NCBI GenBank assembly: GCA_030324005.1
Contig: JARDVH010000031.1
Coordinates: forward strand, 40,748,804-40,812,803
Reading direction: 5' to 3'
DNA from: Negaprion brevirostris
Lineage: Eukaryota
DNA length: 64,000 nt
The notes beneath the pieces are model-generated. The model was not told the DNA's origin and did not search any database. It worked only from the letters and a program-made list of their open reading frames with translations. Positions within the stretch are counted from its first letter, which is position 1; each line of letters opens with the position of its first letter. Made by a program: the position numbers and the translations under genes. Of this stretch, positions 1-12,184 are shown piece after piece.

Positions 1-23
1 CAACGCCGGCATACCCACATCAT
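1..23 (+). mobile_element. 3' end of a Penelope-like element
   Basis: caacgccggcatacccacatcat matches the element terminus at 62278-62302 (caacaccggcatctccacatcat). Confidence 0.6.
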
Positions 24-213
24 ATCCCCATAAGCCCACACATTTACCACAGATAATCCTTCTAACCTAAAGGGTAACCTAAAGGACTCAAAAGGGAAGT
101 ATCAGAAAAATGTGACAGCAATATATAAGGAAAATAATGGGATAGTCAGTGGGACATTACCAGAACAGTAAGAACGAAAACATGACCGTAGGAAACATTG
201 CAGGGAAAGGTTT

Positions 214-517
214 GAATCATGGAATCCCTACAGCGCAGAAGGAGGCCATTCAGTTNNNNNNNNNNAACAATCCTAACCAGGCCCTATCCCCGTAGCCCCA
301 CATATTTACCCAATTAATCCTCCTGGCACTAATGTCAATTTAGCAACACCAATCCACCTAACCTGTGCATCTTTGGACTGCGGGAAAAAACCCGAGCACC
401 CAGAGGAAACGTATGCAGACATGGGGAGAATGTGCAAACTCCACATGGACAAGCATCTAAGGTTGGAATTGAACTTGTGTCCTTGGCACTATGAGGAGCA
501 GTGCTAACCAAAGCACC
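214..517 (-). mobile_element. HE1-type shark tRNA-derived SINE
   Basis: CR1-like tail (gaatccctacagcgcagaaggaggccattc), core (gtgcaaactccac) and tRNA-like head in reverse; similar copies at 37170, 38412 and 63150. Confidence 0.85.
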
Positions 518-647
518 CCTTCCTCCTCTACACCAAATCCCCACTTCTCGCTTCATTCACGATCCACTTAGTTAGCATTGTGATCTTTGGTTACACTCTG
601 TGCTATAGCTCAGGGCCAATGGAATTAGATTCTATTGCAACTTCAGA

Positions 648-794
648 AAGGGAAACTGGAGCATCTGGAGTGAACCCATGCAGATATGGGGAGAATGTGC
701 AAACTCCACACAGACAGTCACCCAAGACTGGAATTGAACCCGGGTCTCTGGCACTGTGAGACAGCAGTGCTAATAACTGTGCCACCATGCCGCC
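648..794 (-). mobile_element. HE1-type SINE, 5' half
   Basis: gagaatgtgcaaactccacacagacagtcacccaagactggaattgaacccggg...tgtgccaccatgccgc; B-box-like ggttcaattcc on the minus strand. Confidence 0.85.
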
Positions 795-799
795 TCTAA

Positions 800-975
800 A
801 AAATCAGATGGGTTTTTACGACAATTGCTTCATGATAATCACTAGACTTTTAATCCCTCAATTTTATTGCGTTCAGATTTTGCCATCTGCCGTGGCAGGG
901 TTTGAACCTGTGTCTCCAGAGCATTGACCTGGATCACTCGTCCAACAACAATACCACTATGCCACCGCCTCCCCT
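800..975 (-). mobile_element. tRNA-derived SINE (same family as 9145-9362)
   Basis: Reverse complement starts ggggaggcggtggcatagtggtatt and has a ggttcaaacc B box; aligns with the 9145 copy. Confidence 0.75.
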
Positions 976-1044
976 GGGTGTTACGTGGTGTGAATGTTAA
1001 TGAAACAGGAAGTATACAAAAGTGCATGTTATAACCTGAAGGAG

Positions 1045-1140
1045 CCTTTCATCACCTGATGAAGGAGCAGCGCTCCAAAAGCTTGTGATTCCAAATAAAC
1101 ATGTTGGACTTTAACCTGGTGTTGTGAGACTTCTTACTGT
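1045..1140 (+). mobile_element. Penelope-like element terminal fragment carrying a hammerhead motif
   Basis: ctgatgaaggagcagcgctcc...ccaaataaacatgttggactttaacctggtgttgtgagacttcttactgt, repeated at 61575-61670 (-) and 62216-62270 (+). Confidence 0.8.
1051..1089 (+). ncRNA. Minimal type I hammerhead ribozyme remnant (GAAA box mutated to AAAA)
   Basis: ATCAC-CTGATGA-a-GGAGC-agc-GCTCC-AAAA-gc-tt-GTGAT: helix I ATCAC/GTGAT and helix II GGAGC/GCTCC pair perfectly; palindromic AAGCTT at helix III. Confidence 0.7.
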
Positions 1141-3464
1141 ATTTGAATCTTGGTTTCTGCATCATAGCGAACTTAATCCATCTTCAATGGGTACCTTCCA
1201 AACATTGTATCTCATATATGATTTCTGGTTCAGTTAACTTACTCAAGTTAGGATATGAATGCTTTTTGTGACTTCCCCAGTCCAATGGGTCATGAAGAGT
1301 TAACAATTATCTTTATCAACTTGTTCTGTAAATCACATGAGTATTTCCGACTTAGGTTTGACTGATTAATATCCTCTAACAAAATAACTTTGAATTTTCA
1401 CACATCCTATACCTGAAACAATCCAAATTCCTTTTTATTTGGATTTGCTGCTCTGTAGCATATTATTAGTTAACTTTATTGTCTTCACGTTAAGGAGCTC
1501 TGACCTGGGTAGCTGATTCAGTGGATGAATGTTTGTAGAGAAGCCTCTGACAGCAGGTAATGATGGTGGAGGAGAGCACCAAGCAGGGGAATTGGTCAGT
1601 TCTTGTAGGACATTGAGCAATGTCTTTGGCAAGCTGAGGGGTGGGTCCATATGCCTCATGGTGAGAGAGAAAGCAGCCAGAGCAAAGCCAGGACTTGTGA
1701 TGCTTTCCACAGGCTAAGCCTCAATCAGAAGGACTTAGGGCACTCAAGCATCATCAGAGAAAAACCATCTTTCACCCACATTCACTGCTGGAGTTGAGGG
1801 TCGTTTGAAGCGTCTGAGGGTGACTAAAGAGCCAAGAAGGGGAATCAGCCTAGAGAGACTGACTCTCTCGGTCCCGATTCCTGGCTGACAAGACACATGT
1901 GAGTGTATGAGTGAGAGACAGCCAGGATCTGGCCATAGGACAAGCCTGAACATGCCTGTTGAATGCTGTGCTGAGGAAGCAAGGTCCCAACTAGGACAGA
2001 GATCTGCAGAATTCTCCATGAATGGCTGTTTCTTGGAGTTACCCTTTCCCTTGACAGTTTGTATGGTTTTGATGACAGTGGAATAAAGAAAAATAAATTT
2101 TCCTGACTATCAGCAAAGGTCAATAAAAGGTGAGAAAAGCAGCTTTGAAACTATCATCACCAAATGGGACTTCCTCAGTCGCATCATTCGGGACGTAGTG
2201 AAACAAGTGGCAACAGGCATTTCCCATAACAACATGTTGGCAGGCTTTTAGCTTTTTGAAGACCTGGGCATCATTCTTAAAGGCCTCTTCAGTGCACAAA
2301 TGTTCATTTGGAACCCTCCCTGCCCCACATGCACCTCCTCTCTACACAAACCCCCAGCCCTGCCTGGGCACTGACTGGGCACAGCCCCATGGCATTGCAC
2401 CTTGGAATTTTTTTAAATTCACTAATGGGATATGGGTGTCATTGGCTGGCCAGCACTTACTGCTCATCACTAAGTGCAAGAGAAATGCCAGGGGACAGGG
2501 TCCAGGTGTGACACTCTTCCCCCAAAGTGACACACTCACCTGAGCTCCTTTGAGAAGTCTGTTTGCCAGATGCACAGCTTGGGAGATCAGTCATGATCCA
2601 TGCTGGTTTGTCCTCACACTAACGTGAATGAACTTTCTTATGGGAGGGGATAATTCAGGGTGAGAGACTGGATAATTAGGTGTTAATGAATGTTATATGA
2701 TTGGTGAGGGGAATTGCATCACACTTCTACATCACCATGAAACTCAACTTGCATATCTCATGAGATTCTCCACCAATTTTCCATTGTCGCCGAATCCACC
2801 CAATTAAGATGGGAACGGAAATTCCCAGCTCTTGTTTTTCAATTTTGTGCAGATCAGGTGTTTAAATTGCACCTTTCTAACCTCTTCAATGTTCCAGCTA
2901 TAATAAGTTATTCAGCCTTCTTTCCTGTCCACCTTTCCCAAATAATCTATATTCTGATGTGTGTTATTACTCTTTGATGTTATCAACATTCCTCAAGGTG
3001 CTAATATTGCATCAAGTTCTTCACAAATCAGGCATTTTATTCCTCGTGCCTCTCACATTCATTTGTACACAATTTAGTGTACAATTTCCTCCAATGTCTG
3101 CATACATTAGCATTGAATTTCAGGATATTTCTGAGATATTTTGTTATTTGCCTGTTTCATATTTTTCACTCCCCCAGTGGAATTTGTTTCTTCCCAGCAT
3201 TCTCCATATCCAGTGGTTAAATGGTTCTTGATATGTGTCTTAGCATTCAGAAAGCTTTCATTGTTCCTGTTTTGTTTTGGACTGCCCCATCTTCCTTCTA
3301 TCCTGCACATTGCTTTCATCTCATGCTGCTACCCACTTATTTGTATTGTGATGATCTCTCCTCCATCAATAACACCGATATACCAGAGAACTTGTATCCT
3401 CTATCGCTGAGTTTTAAAATAATCATCAATATAAGAAATTTAAATGATTAAAGGAAAGAGTTTT

Positions 3465-3992
3465 AAAAACTGTCATCCAGGTGCAATCCATCCAATCTTG
3501 CAGGAGCCATGAACAATCTTGATACCTGTGAGTGCTGCAAGATGTAAGCATCATGTGAGCTGCCATTGTAATAGAGACAATCTTGACAAATCTGTGTCCT
3601 GTGGTCACAGACGATCTGCACGTCTGTTGGGTAGCACCTTAATAACCTCGAGTACAATCTACTGCATCCTGGACGGTGGGAACCTAGCCATACTGTAAAG
3701 CCTCAGGTTCTTTCCACCTGTCTGTATGGTAGTGGATAAGTGTACAGACAGGTCTGAAGATAGCACCAGCTTGAAGTGTGCAGTCGGTTGACACACGTCG
3801 CTCAGATCCCTCGCTGAGACCTGAACAGAACTGGAGGTGTAGAGGTTGAGGGCCGCTGTGATTTTCAATGCCATTGGCATGGGGCGTTCTACACAGCTAG
3901 AGGTGATTTCCAGACCAATCATGTGGCATATTGCTATCACTGAGTCCCTAGAGAGGTGGAGTCTCCTGCGGCTTTGGACCTCGGAAATGTGC
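3465..3992 (-). pseudogene. PIF/Harbinger (HARBI1-like) DDE transposase relic, central part
   Basis: Translations ISEVQSRRRLHLSRDSVIAICHMIG, ALKITAALNLYTSSSVQ, QIVCDH and GSSHDAYILQHSQV resemble HARBI1-family motifs; frameshifted. Confidence 0.8.
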
Positions 3993-6900
3993 TGTTTGTA
4001 GAATTGAGATTAGGAGGTCACAGAAGTTCAACAAACTCAAGAGCTTTATAGTATCATAGAATCCCTACAGTACCGAAAGAGGCCATTTGGCCCATCAAGT
4101 CTGCACCAACCACAATCCCACCCAGGCCCTAACCCCATATCCCTACATATTTTACCCACTGATCCCTCTAACACCAGAGAGACTTCTGTTATTGAGTGCG
4201 CATTTGGTCAGTGAACCTGGTTTCCTAGATGCTTTTAATGTGTGCTTCGTCATGTGCACACTATGTTCTGCTCAGCTGTTCTTAGCAGGATGGGACGGTT
4301 CACATCTAATATGTTGTATTCTGTTTTCCTTCAAGAAGTTTTCAAATTCTTGAGATATTGAATGGTGGCCCTTTATCACTCATCAATCGCTGATGGAAAC
4401 TGAATCTGCTAAAGATTTCTCCCAACCTCTGAGTCATTCTGATGAGGTCAACTCCGTCGATGACAACTTCTGGCCATTTTGAATGAGCATCGACATTAAT
4501 TAGAGACATGCATCTTTCAAACAGTCCTGAATAATCAATGTGTATCCATTGCCAAGCCTCTTCTGACCATTCCCATGGATGCAATGGTGCTAACAGTGGC
4601 AGATTTCGCACCTTTATGCAAAATGAACACATTACCACTTTCTCCTCTATTTCAACGTCTAATCCAAGCCACCAGAAATAGCCACTTGCTATCTACTTCA
4701 TTCTTACAATTCCACAATGACCCTCATGTAATTGGTTAAACATCCTGCTTGTACAGATAACTCAAATCTTTGAGTAGAGTATGGCTTCAATTCAGGGTTT
4801 ATTCCTGAGGTCTTAATTGAAGGACCATGTCCATTACCTCGGGGAGTATTGGATCACTTTGTGTGTACCTCTTCACTTGTCCTGAGGTGACAGGAGTATT
4901 GTCTACCTGTTAAAAGTCAAAGATACTTCCACTCAAACTACTTGTTGACAGACTATTTGGAAAGGGTAGTCGGAAAAGAATATTTGCATTATCATGAAGG
5001 TTTTACTGTTTACTCTTGAATAGTATGTGTGGGTGCTGACAACAGCGATGCCATCTCTTCATTCGGCTCACTGTCTATGATCAAATCCTTGCGTGCAGTC
5101 CAAAAATTGTTTTTAGTGGATGATGGCCCATCAAAGATGTGAATTTTCTCCTTTACAGGGATTGATAGAACCTTTTTATCCCAAGGCTTCTTTCTCGATT
5201 TGCACATAATTGCTTTTGGCTTTAGTCAACGTTCGTCACTTGAAAGTACGATGTGGGATATCACCACCCCAACACCATAGGGTGATGTGTCACACACTAA
5301 CTGTGAGAGCAGGTTTAGATCAAAATGTGTCAGTTCTTCTGACTTGAGCAATGCTCCTTGGCTTGCACGAACACTTTTTCACATTGATCCACTTTCACTT
5401 TTTATTTTGACACAGTAGATTATGCAATGATTTCAAAATGGTCACCAAATTGAGGACAAACCTTGTGCAGTAATTCAGTAAGCCTAAGAAGGATCAAAAA
5501 TGGTTAACATTCTGAAGTGCAGGTGCCTCATCAATAGTTTTGACCTTGGAAAGAGACTTGTGAAGTTCCTTAGCGTTGATTACATGTCCCAAATATTTGA
5601 TTGAAGATGGAAAAAAAATTACATTTGTCCTTTCGGAATCTTAATCCATAATCCTCCAATCTTTGTAGTGTGGCACCCAGGTTGCAAAGTTGTTCTTCTT
5701 CATCTTCACCAGTAACTAGAATGTCATCCAGGCGACACTGGGTTTTACTTAACCCGTTTAAAATTTGGCCCATTGCTCTTTGGAATCATGGCAGAGCTGA
5801 AATGATGTCAAATGGTAATCTACTGTGACGGAATAACCCTTTCCATGTCACAATCATCAGGAACTGTTGGGAACACTCATCTAGATTCATTTGCTTGACT
5901 GAGGTTGATCAGCCTACCCTGCAAATTGGTCATCGACCAGGGATAGAGAGTATTGTTCCGCACAAAGTACAAGATTAATAGTTATTTTGAAATCACCACA
6001 AATACGTATGAATCCATCTTTTTTCTTTACTGGTCTACTCAGTTAGCCCATTCATTGTCATTGAGAGGTTCCAGAACTCCATCTCCACCAGTCATTCTAA
6101 GTCCACCTCTATTTTTAGTCAGATTGCAGAGGGTACCAACCTTGCCTTTAAACATTTTACCTGCCTCCCTTGTTTGATCTTCAACTTCACTGAGATTTCC
6201 TTCATAAAATCCTGTTCACCGTTGAATAAAGAGCATATTCCTTCAAGATTTTGGTAAGGCCTTATTCTGAATCAGTCATTAGGTTTACTTTGGTCCAGTT
6301 GAGACAAATCTTTTCCAACCCAGTTCTATCCGTTAGTGCCAGATAATTTCCTTTGACTACGTGTAAGGACAAATCTGCTGTCTGTCCATTTAATTGTACT
6401 GCTATGTCAATGATCCTTCAATGGAACCATTTCTCTAGTACAAATTTTTAACACTATTTTCAAGGGTTTCAGAGGGATATATCAGAGAGTTTCTTTGTAG
6501 ACAGTCTCTGGTACCAGAAGCCTGCTTTCCACCTCCATTTTACTGGCTGTCCATCCAGCAGTGCAGTGACCCGGTATTTATTTTTAACACCAGCAATGGC
6601 TAGCACATTCAATGACAATTTGTCCTCAGGCTGTGCATCAAGTCTCTCTTCTTGTCCTTGTTGTGCTACATGGACACTTTTTCCTTTGTTCTGTTGCTTT
6701 ATTTGGCTCTTGCTTTTTGCTACTTCTGCCTGAACCTGCTTCTTTTTCCAACATATATGCTCAATGTGTCTCGTTCTTCCACAGTTTCTGGATGTGGTAT
6801 TTTTACACCAACAATCTGCTGCTGAGTGCTTGGTCTCTGCACATCTATGGCAAATATGAATCTATGTTTGCATTTGAATTTTGCCAACATCTTGTGAATC

Positions 6901-7939
6901 CTTTTGTTTGAATTCAACTGCTGAGCTTCTTTGGCTGCTAGCTCCATTGATACAGCAACTTCCATGGGCTTTCTTTAAAGTCAGGTTGCCCTTGGTTAAC
7001 AACTGCTTTTGAATTATTTTGTATCGTTTAATACATCCCCGAGCTTGTGGTGCTCTGTCAGTCTTTTCAGTACAGCCACAAATTATGCAATTGATTCCCC
7101 ATCTTCTTGATTGCGTTTATGAAACTTAAACCTTCCTGCAATGACTCAAACTTTTGGTGAATAGTGGCAATGCAAAACTTCCACTATTTCTTCATACATC
7201 TTTGTACCTGGCTTTGCCGGCTATACCAGACTCCTGAGGAGGTTAAATCTTTCCTCCCCCATTACGCTTAGACATATGGGCACTTCTATATTCTTTGTTA
7301 TCTTTTAGCTTGTACAAAATGGTCAGACCATTCCATATGTGAGCTCCATTGCTCTGTATTCTCATCAAACAATCCCACAGCACCAGAACCTCTCCCCATT
7401 TTCTCTCTGTGGAAGGACCTGTGTGTGTACGAAGTGTGACGAATTTCTGGCACTACTTTGCTTTTCTTCCCTTAAAACAAGATACAACCTGAGCTTGAGC
7501 CTGTTTTTCTTGTTTTAAACAGCCCCAGCTCTAGATTTGCTGCCGGTCCGATGGTAGTGGGTTATCGTTGATATTTGCTTACAAAGGCAGAGTAATTGTT
7601 ACTCATGGTGACTGAGCATGTGGAGAACCTCTCTCAAAGTTCCTATCTTTGACTGTTTCAATATTTTTTCTTTCCTCCCCATTGATTGGAAGCACTTTTC
7701 AACATCCTTGTTTCCCTTTTTTTGCACATGGTGTTTGCAGGATTAAGACTAGGAGGCCTCAATGGTTCAACAAACTAAGTTGCTTTAATAGAGAGATGTG
7801 TTTGATACAGGCTGCAAATCTGTTACAGTTACCCACACAAATGATCAATCATGTCATTTCTGGTGTATTATTTTAAGTGCCCTGTTCTGTGTCAATGTTG
7901 CTGGTAAGCAATCAGTATAAATATATAAATATGACAACA
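3993..7939 (-). mobile_element. Decayed Gypsy/Ty3 LTR retrotransposon; 5' LTR 7732-7939, partial 3' LTR from 3993
   Basis: Minus-strand gag (EVAVSMELAAKEA), RT (CRLDDILVTG), RNase H and integrase (WQWIHIDYSG, DAHSKWPEV); 3993-4050 aligns with 7732-7790; LTR starts TGTTGT on the minus strand. Confidence 0.9.
4048..4172 (-). mobile_element. HE1 SINE 3' fragment inserted in the Gypsy 3' LTR
   Basis: catagaatccctacagtaccgaaagaggccatttggccc tail as in the other HE1 copies. Confidence 0.75.
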
Positions 7940-8480
7940 GGACAGCTGGAGGACTATCTGTATACTCTAGCCACTGGGTAATAACATCTTTCTGGACCCC
8001 CCACCTTGACCTCCCCGCTGGCCCTGCATCAATTGAGTCAGTGTTTCTCCCGAGGATGCTGACCATGCTCACCTGGCCTCNNNNNNNNNNNNNNNNNNNN
8101 NNNNNNNNNNNNNNNNNNNNNNNNNNNNNNNNNNNNNNNNNNNNNNNNNNNNNNNNNNNNNNNNNNNNNNNNNNNNNNNNTTCCTGCTCCTGCTCCTCAG
8201 AGGAGATTCCATTAGAGGAATATACTGTCCCCATTAGATCAGATGCAGAGGACCAGTGCCTTGCAAATCAGAGAGCACTATGCTGCAATTCTTCAAGAAA
8301 CATTCCAGGGAAGATCAGATTGAGCCAAAATTTGCATGGGCAGCATATAGTTGGGTCTATTGGCTTGTCAATAGCCTTAATTGGCCCTTTAATTGTTGGT
8401 GGGAGCACATCTGACTCATGCGCACCCTCCCGCCAATTGCAAAATTGTGCACATGCATGATGACGTTGGGAAGACCATCC
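7940..8480 (-). mobile_element. Harbinger transposase N-terminal relic plus upstream subterminal sequence
   Basis: MGTVYSSNGISSEEQEQE then ..YYPVARVYR, which runs on into ISEVQSRRRL across the Gypsy insertion. Confidence 0.65.
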
Positions 8481-8794
8481 AATGTAATTTGACATTATTT
8501 TATAACCAGTCAGGTTCAATGCACACCCAACCTCCAAACATAAAATGTTGGCCATGTATTTATGGGCTGCATTATATTAAATGGTCTACACATTTAGTTA
8601 TAGCCTGCTGTTTTGGTTTCACATTCCTCCAAAGAACTAACAATCAAAGCATTGTCTTCACATTAATTACTCTTGACATGTTATTCACATGTGTCTATAT
8701 TGGAACAAGGATTTAGGAATTTCTAAACTTCCCACTCATAACTACAGAAAGGATGTTATTCACATCTGCAAAAATATTTTTCAATTAATTTTCA

Positions 8795-9090
8795 GCGTGT
8801 AAGCATCACTGACAAGGTTGGATTTTATTGTCCATGTTACTCTGAGAAATTGTTGGGGAGCTGCCTTCTTGTACTGCTCCAGTCAGTAAATAGTGTGGTT
8901 TGATACAACTAAATGACTTACAAGCTACTTCAGAGGACAGTTAAATATTCACGCTGCCAGTGTGGAACTAGAATCACATCTAGGCCGGACCAGATAAAGA
9001 CAGCAACAAAGTACTTCATTAGCTATAAAGTGCTTTGAGATGTCCAGAAGTCGTGATAAATGCTAATGAAATGCAAGTCCTTCTTTTGTT
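8795..9090. mobile_element. Mixed SINE/LINE-tail fragments, including a DeuSINE/L2-like tail
   Basis: caaagtacttcattagctataaagtgctttgagatgtcc...aaatgcaagtccttcttt resembles the reverse complement of 12770-12845. Confidence 0.55.
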
Positions 9091-9144
9091 TCCCATGGAC
9101 CTGTTCACGAACTTGTTGTGTTTTAACAACATCTAAAAACTTAG

Positions 9145-9362
9145 GGGAGGCGATGGCCTGGCGGGTATTATTGCTCGACCATTATCCAGAAACTTAATCA
9201 ATGTTCTGGGGACCTAGATTCAAAACATGGCAGTTGGTGGAATTTGAATTCAATAAAAAAACATCTGGAATTAAGAATCTACTGATTCTTGGGCAACTAG
9301 GAATGGGCAATAAATGCTGACCAGTCAACGGCACCCATGTCTCATTAATGAATTAAAACAAA
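9145..9362 (+). mobile_element. tRNA-derived SINE with a CR1-like LINE tail
   Basis: ggggaggcgatggcc head; tail gggcaactaggaatgggcaataaatgctg shared with the LINE ends at 10635-10700 and 50855-50910. Confidence 0.75.
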
Positions 9363-9864
9363 AACTTCCTGATCACTTTTACTCAAATCAGCTTTTATTT
9401 TCAGGCTAATTTCATATTTTCAAATTATCATGATGAGACTTGAACATATGAGTAACATAACCATTGTGATGCTCCTGTCAGCAGCCTTTTGAATGGATGT
9501 TCGGATGATTGCTTGGTGCTGGGCAGAACAATAGATGTTACTTTAGGTTAACATAACTTATTTAAAACAGATAAATGCACATATCGGACCTACTTCAGTT
9601 AAACTTAAACCAAAAATAGAAATGGACCATGTTACATATGTTAGGATCAAGAGGAATTAAATGCTGGTGTAATCTCACTCAATTTCACCATCCACATACA
9701 AAAAAGCCTTGCAAAGGAGTATGTCAGCAACATAACAAGACATCTCTAAATTTATGACAGATAAAGAAGCATCACATCTCAGGACTTTCTTAAAATAATT
9801 TTCTCCCATCATGAATTTTGAAATTGAGTTAAGTTTCAGACTCAGATTTTTATTCTCTGTTCAG

Positions 9865-9912
9865 AAACGCAGAGACGGGAGAATTTGGAATCAAACAATG
9901 ATAGTGGAATTG
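9865..9912 (+). CDS. Probable penultimate coding exon of an unidentified gene (xTQRRENLESNNDSGI)
   Basis: Acceptor tttttattctctgttcag, donor G|gtgagc, 48 nt, phase 1-1, open frame, non-repetitive. Confidence 0.55.
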
Positions 9913-10177
9913 GTGAGCAGCCTTTAAAAAGGGCAAACATCAATGTGAGCAAGCAGCACTGGGAGAAGTTACAGTGCAACTCAGGCCCAAGTTTGGCACT
10001 ATTACACTGCAAGGTGGTGCAACAAAAAAAGGGAAATATATCACGGCTGGTCAGGTACACTAAGGAAGAATTTAGCATAGCCAATGCATCTTTTGAACTG
10101 AGAGGAGACTGGAGCACCTGGGATATAAATGCTGTACTACAAGAGCATGTCATAGCTATGAATCCTGTGGTGAATAA

Positions 10178-10703
10178 ATCACCTCCTGACTCCCAAAGCC
10201 TGACCACCATCTACAAGGCACAAGCCAGGAGTGATGGAATACTTTCCCCTTGCCTGGGTGAGTTCAGCTCCAATTAACACTCAGGAAGCTTGACACCATC
10301 CAAGACAAAGCAGCCCGCTTGGCACCCCATCCATGAACATTCAATCCCTCCATCACCAATGAACAATAGCAGTAGTGTGTACCATCTACAGAGGCACTGC
10401 AAGAACTTACCAAGGCTCCTTAGGCAGCATCTTCTAAACCAACAACCATTGCCATCTAGAAGAACAAGGTCACCATTATCTGGAAGCTCCCCTCCAAGCC
10501 ACTCACCATACTGACTTAGAAATATATTGTTGTTCTGTCAAGATCCTGGAATTCCCTCTCTAACAGCACTGTGGGTGTACCTACATCATGGATGCAGTAG
10601 TTGAAGAAGGTAGCTCAGCACCACCATCTGAAGAACAATAAGGGACAGGCAATAAATGTTGGGTTAACAGCAAAGCCCGCATCCCTTGAATTAATTTTAA
10701 AAA
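10178..10703 (+). mobile_element. CR1-superfamily LINE 3' fragment
   Basis: PQSLTTIYKAQ-type RT C-terminal coding remnant plus 3' tail; second copy at 50108-50920. Confidence 0.85.
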
Positions 10704-11614
10704 TCATGTCTTCAGCAGTGTAATACCTAGCCATGGATAACTGCACATTGTCCTGTTTATGAACTAAACCAGTTATTGTTTGAACAGATTAACAGCTCAG
10801 TAATCATTCTGAAGCTAGACTAACCAACATACAACAGTAACAATGGCAAATCTGTCACTGTTCACCAACATTATCCCTGTGAAACTGACAGCAAGTTCTC
10901 TAGTGTGCAAACGTACACTTAAACACTGAATGTAAAAGTTGCTGCCAGTCATTCTGCTCTTCCCCATTTGGTGTGCTTCTGATGTTCTTCCAGACAACTG
11001 TCAAGTAAAAATTATTAAACTAACGAGAGCCTGCCCTTTTATACCAGTAGTCTCACTGAAAAATGACAGCTTAGTTAAGTTAACTTCCAGACATGAACTA
11101 ATCAAGTCACCTTTGGAATGGTTGAACATGGTTATTTTGAAATTATTCTAGCAGTTGGAGAGGGAAGGGAACATGACAAANNNNNNNNNNCAGGTTTTCT
11201 CAGCAGAATGGAGGACATACAGCTTGGAGAGAAGACCAAAGTAGGGTCCCTCCTGCCTCATTTTATCTCCATCTGGTAAGCTTCAAGTCCTGCTTGCTGA
11301 CTGCGATTATCCAGGACACCCTGTTGCAGACAGAGATTTCTTATGAGAATCTAACAGCACTACCATCTCCAAAAGAGCAACAAAATCATTCATCTACATC
11401 GGAAGCAATGAGGCTATTGAATTCAATCTGAAGCCAGGCCAGTCAGACTGTATAGTCCTTCACTTTGTTTATGGGCACTAATTTGGATAGCCTATCCTTC
11501 CCTACTCTGTAAGTGTGTATGTGTGTGTGCATGCATGTGGGCTTGTGTACATTATTATGATTGGATTGCTTTATAGTAAATTTCACTGCTTATACGATAA
11601 AAGTAAAATACCAT

Positions 11615-11732
11615 GGAAGCAAGAAATCTGAAATAAAATTAGAAAATGCTGAAAGAAGTCAGCAGGTTTGGCAGCATATGTGGAGAGAGAAACATAATTA
11701 ATGTTTTGAGTCTGCATGACTTCTTCAGAGCA
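11615..11732 (-). mobile_element. Penelope-like element fragment (second family) with a degenerate hammerhead
   Basis: Reverse complement gctCTGAAGAagtcatgcagactcAAAAcattaa...ccacatatgctgccaaacctgctg...cagcattttc; similar to 29784-29900. Confidence 0.65.
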
Positions 11733-11886
11733 CCATTTCTTGGCAACCATTGTATTTAGCCATTCAAAGATATACATGCAACTACTGAATACTTGTTTTG
11801 AGTGCTACTCTCTATGTTCCCAGTGTTGGTGAAATAAAGCAGCTTAATAATTAATCTCTGGTCTTTCCTCACCAATTGTTTCCCAG

Positions 11887-11924
11887 ATTGCCTTCAACAA
11901 GATTGGAGAAGCACAAATGTATGA
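11887..11924 (+). CDS. Probable last coding exon (DCLQQDWRSTNV-stop, class I PDZ-binding C-terminus)
   Basis: Acceptor tctttcctcaccaattgtttcccag; phase matches the 9912 donor (G+AT=Asp); TGA at 11922-11924 followed by AU-rich unique sequence. Confidence 0.55.
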
Positions 11925-12184
11925 AAGACTGACATCCAATTCATATCATAAGGAACCTAGCTGTTACTTGTTGCCAAATCCTTCATGTAATTAAGTATTG
12001 GACAATATGGGTATAATATCCAAAACAGAGGATAATTAAATGCTTGTAGGATGGGCCTACACTGCTGTACATTTGAGAATATCAAGGCATAGCTGAATAT
12101 TTTCCAGGAAGAAATTTACCCTTTTCATTTTGTAAGTTGTATTTTGAACACCTACAAGTTAGGAAAGGTATTAATATGTTTGGT

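Noticed and set aside
1500-2230. GC-richer stretch with several short ORFs
   Set aside because: No recognisable protein or splice pattern; probably the decayed accessory region of the adjacent Harbinger element, but not supportable
11207-11275. 69-nt exon-like segment with a strong CTG|gtaagc donor between the two terminal exons
   Set aside because: The phase-1 frame needed to join its neighbours contains a TAG, and the acceptor lies next to a gap
11887-11924. Naming the gene ANO9 from the similarity of RSTNV to the RSTDV terminus I recall for human ANO9
   Set aside because: Only a five-residue resemblance; no anoctamin exons are visible in the window
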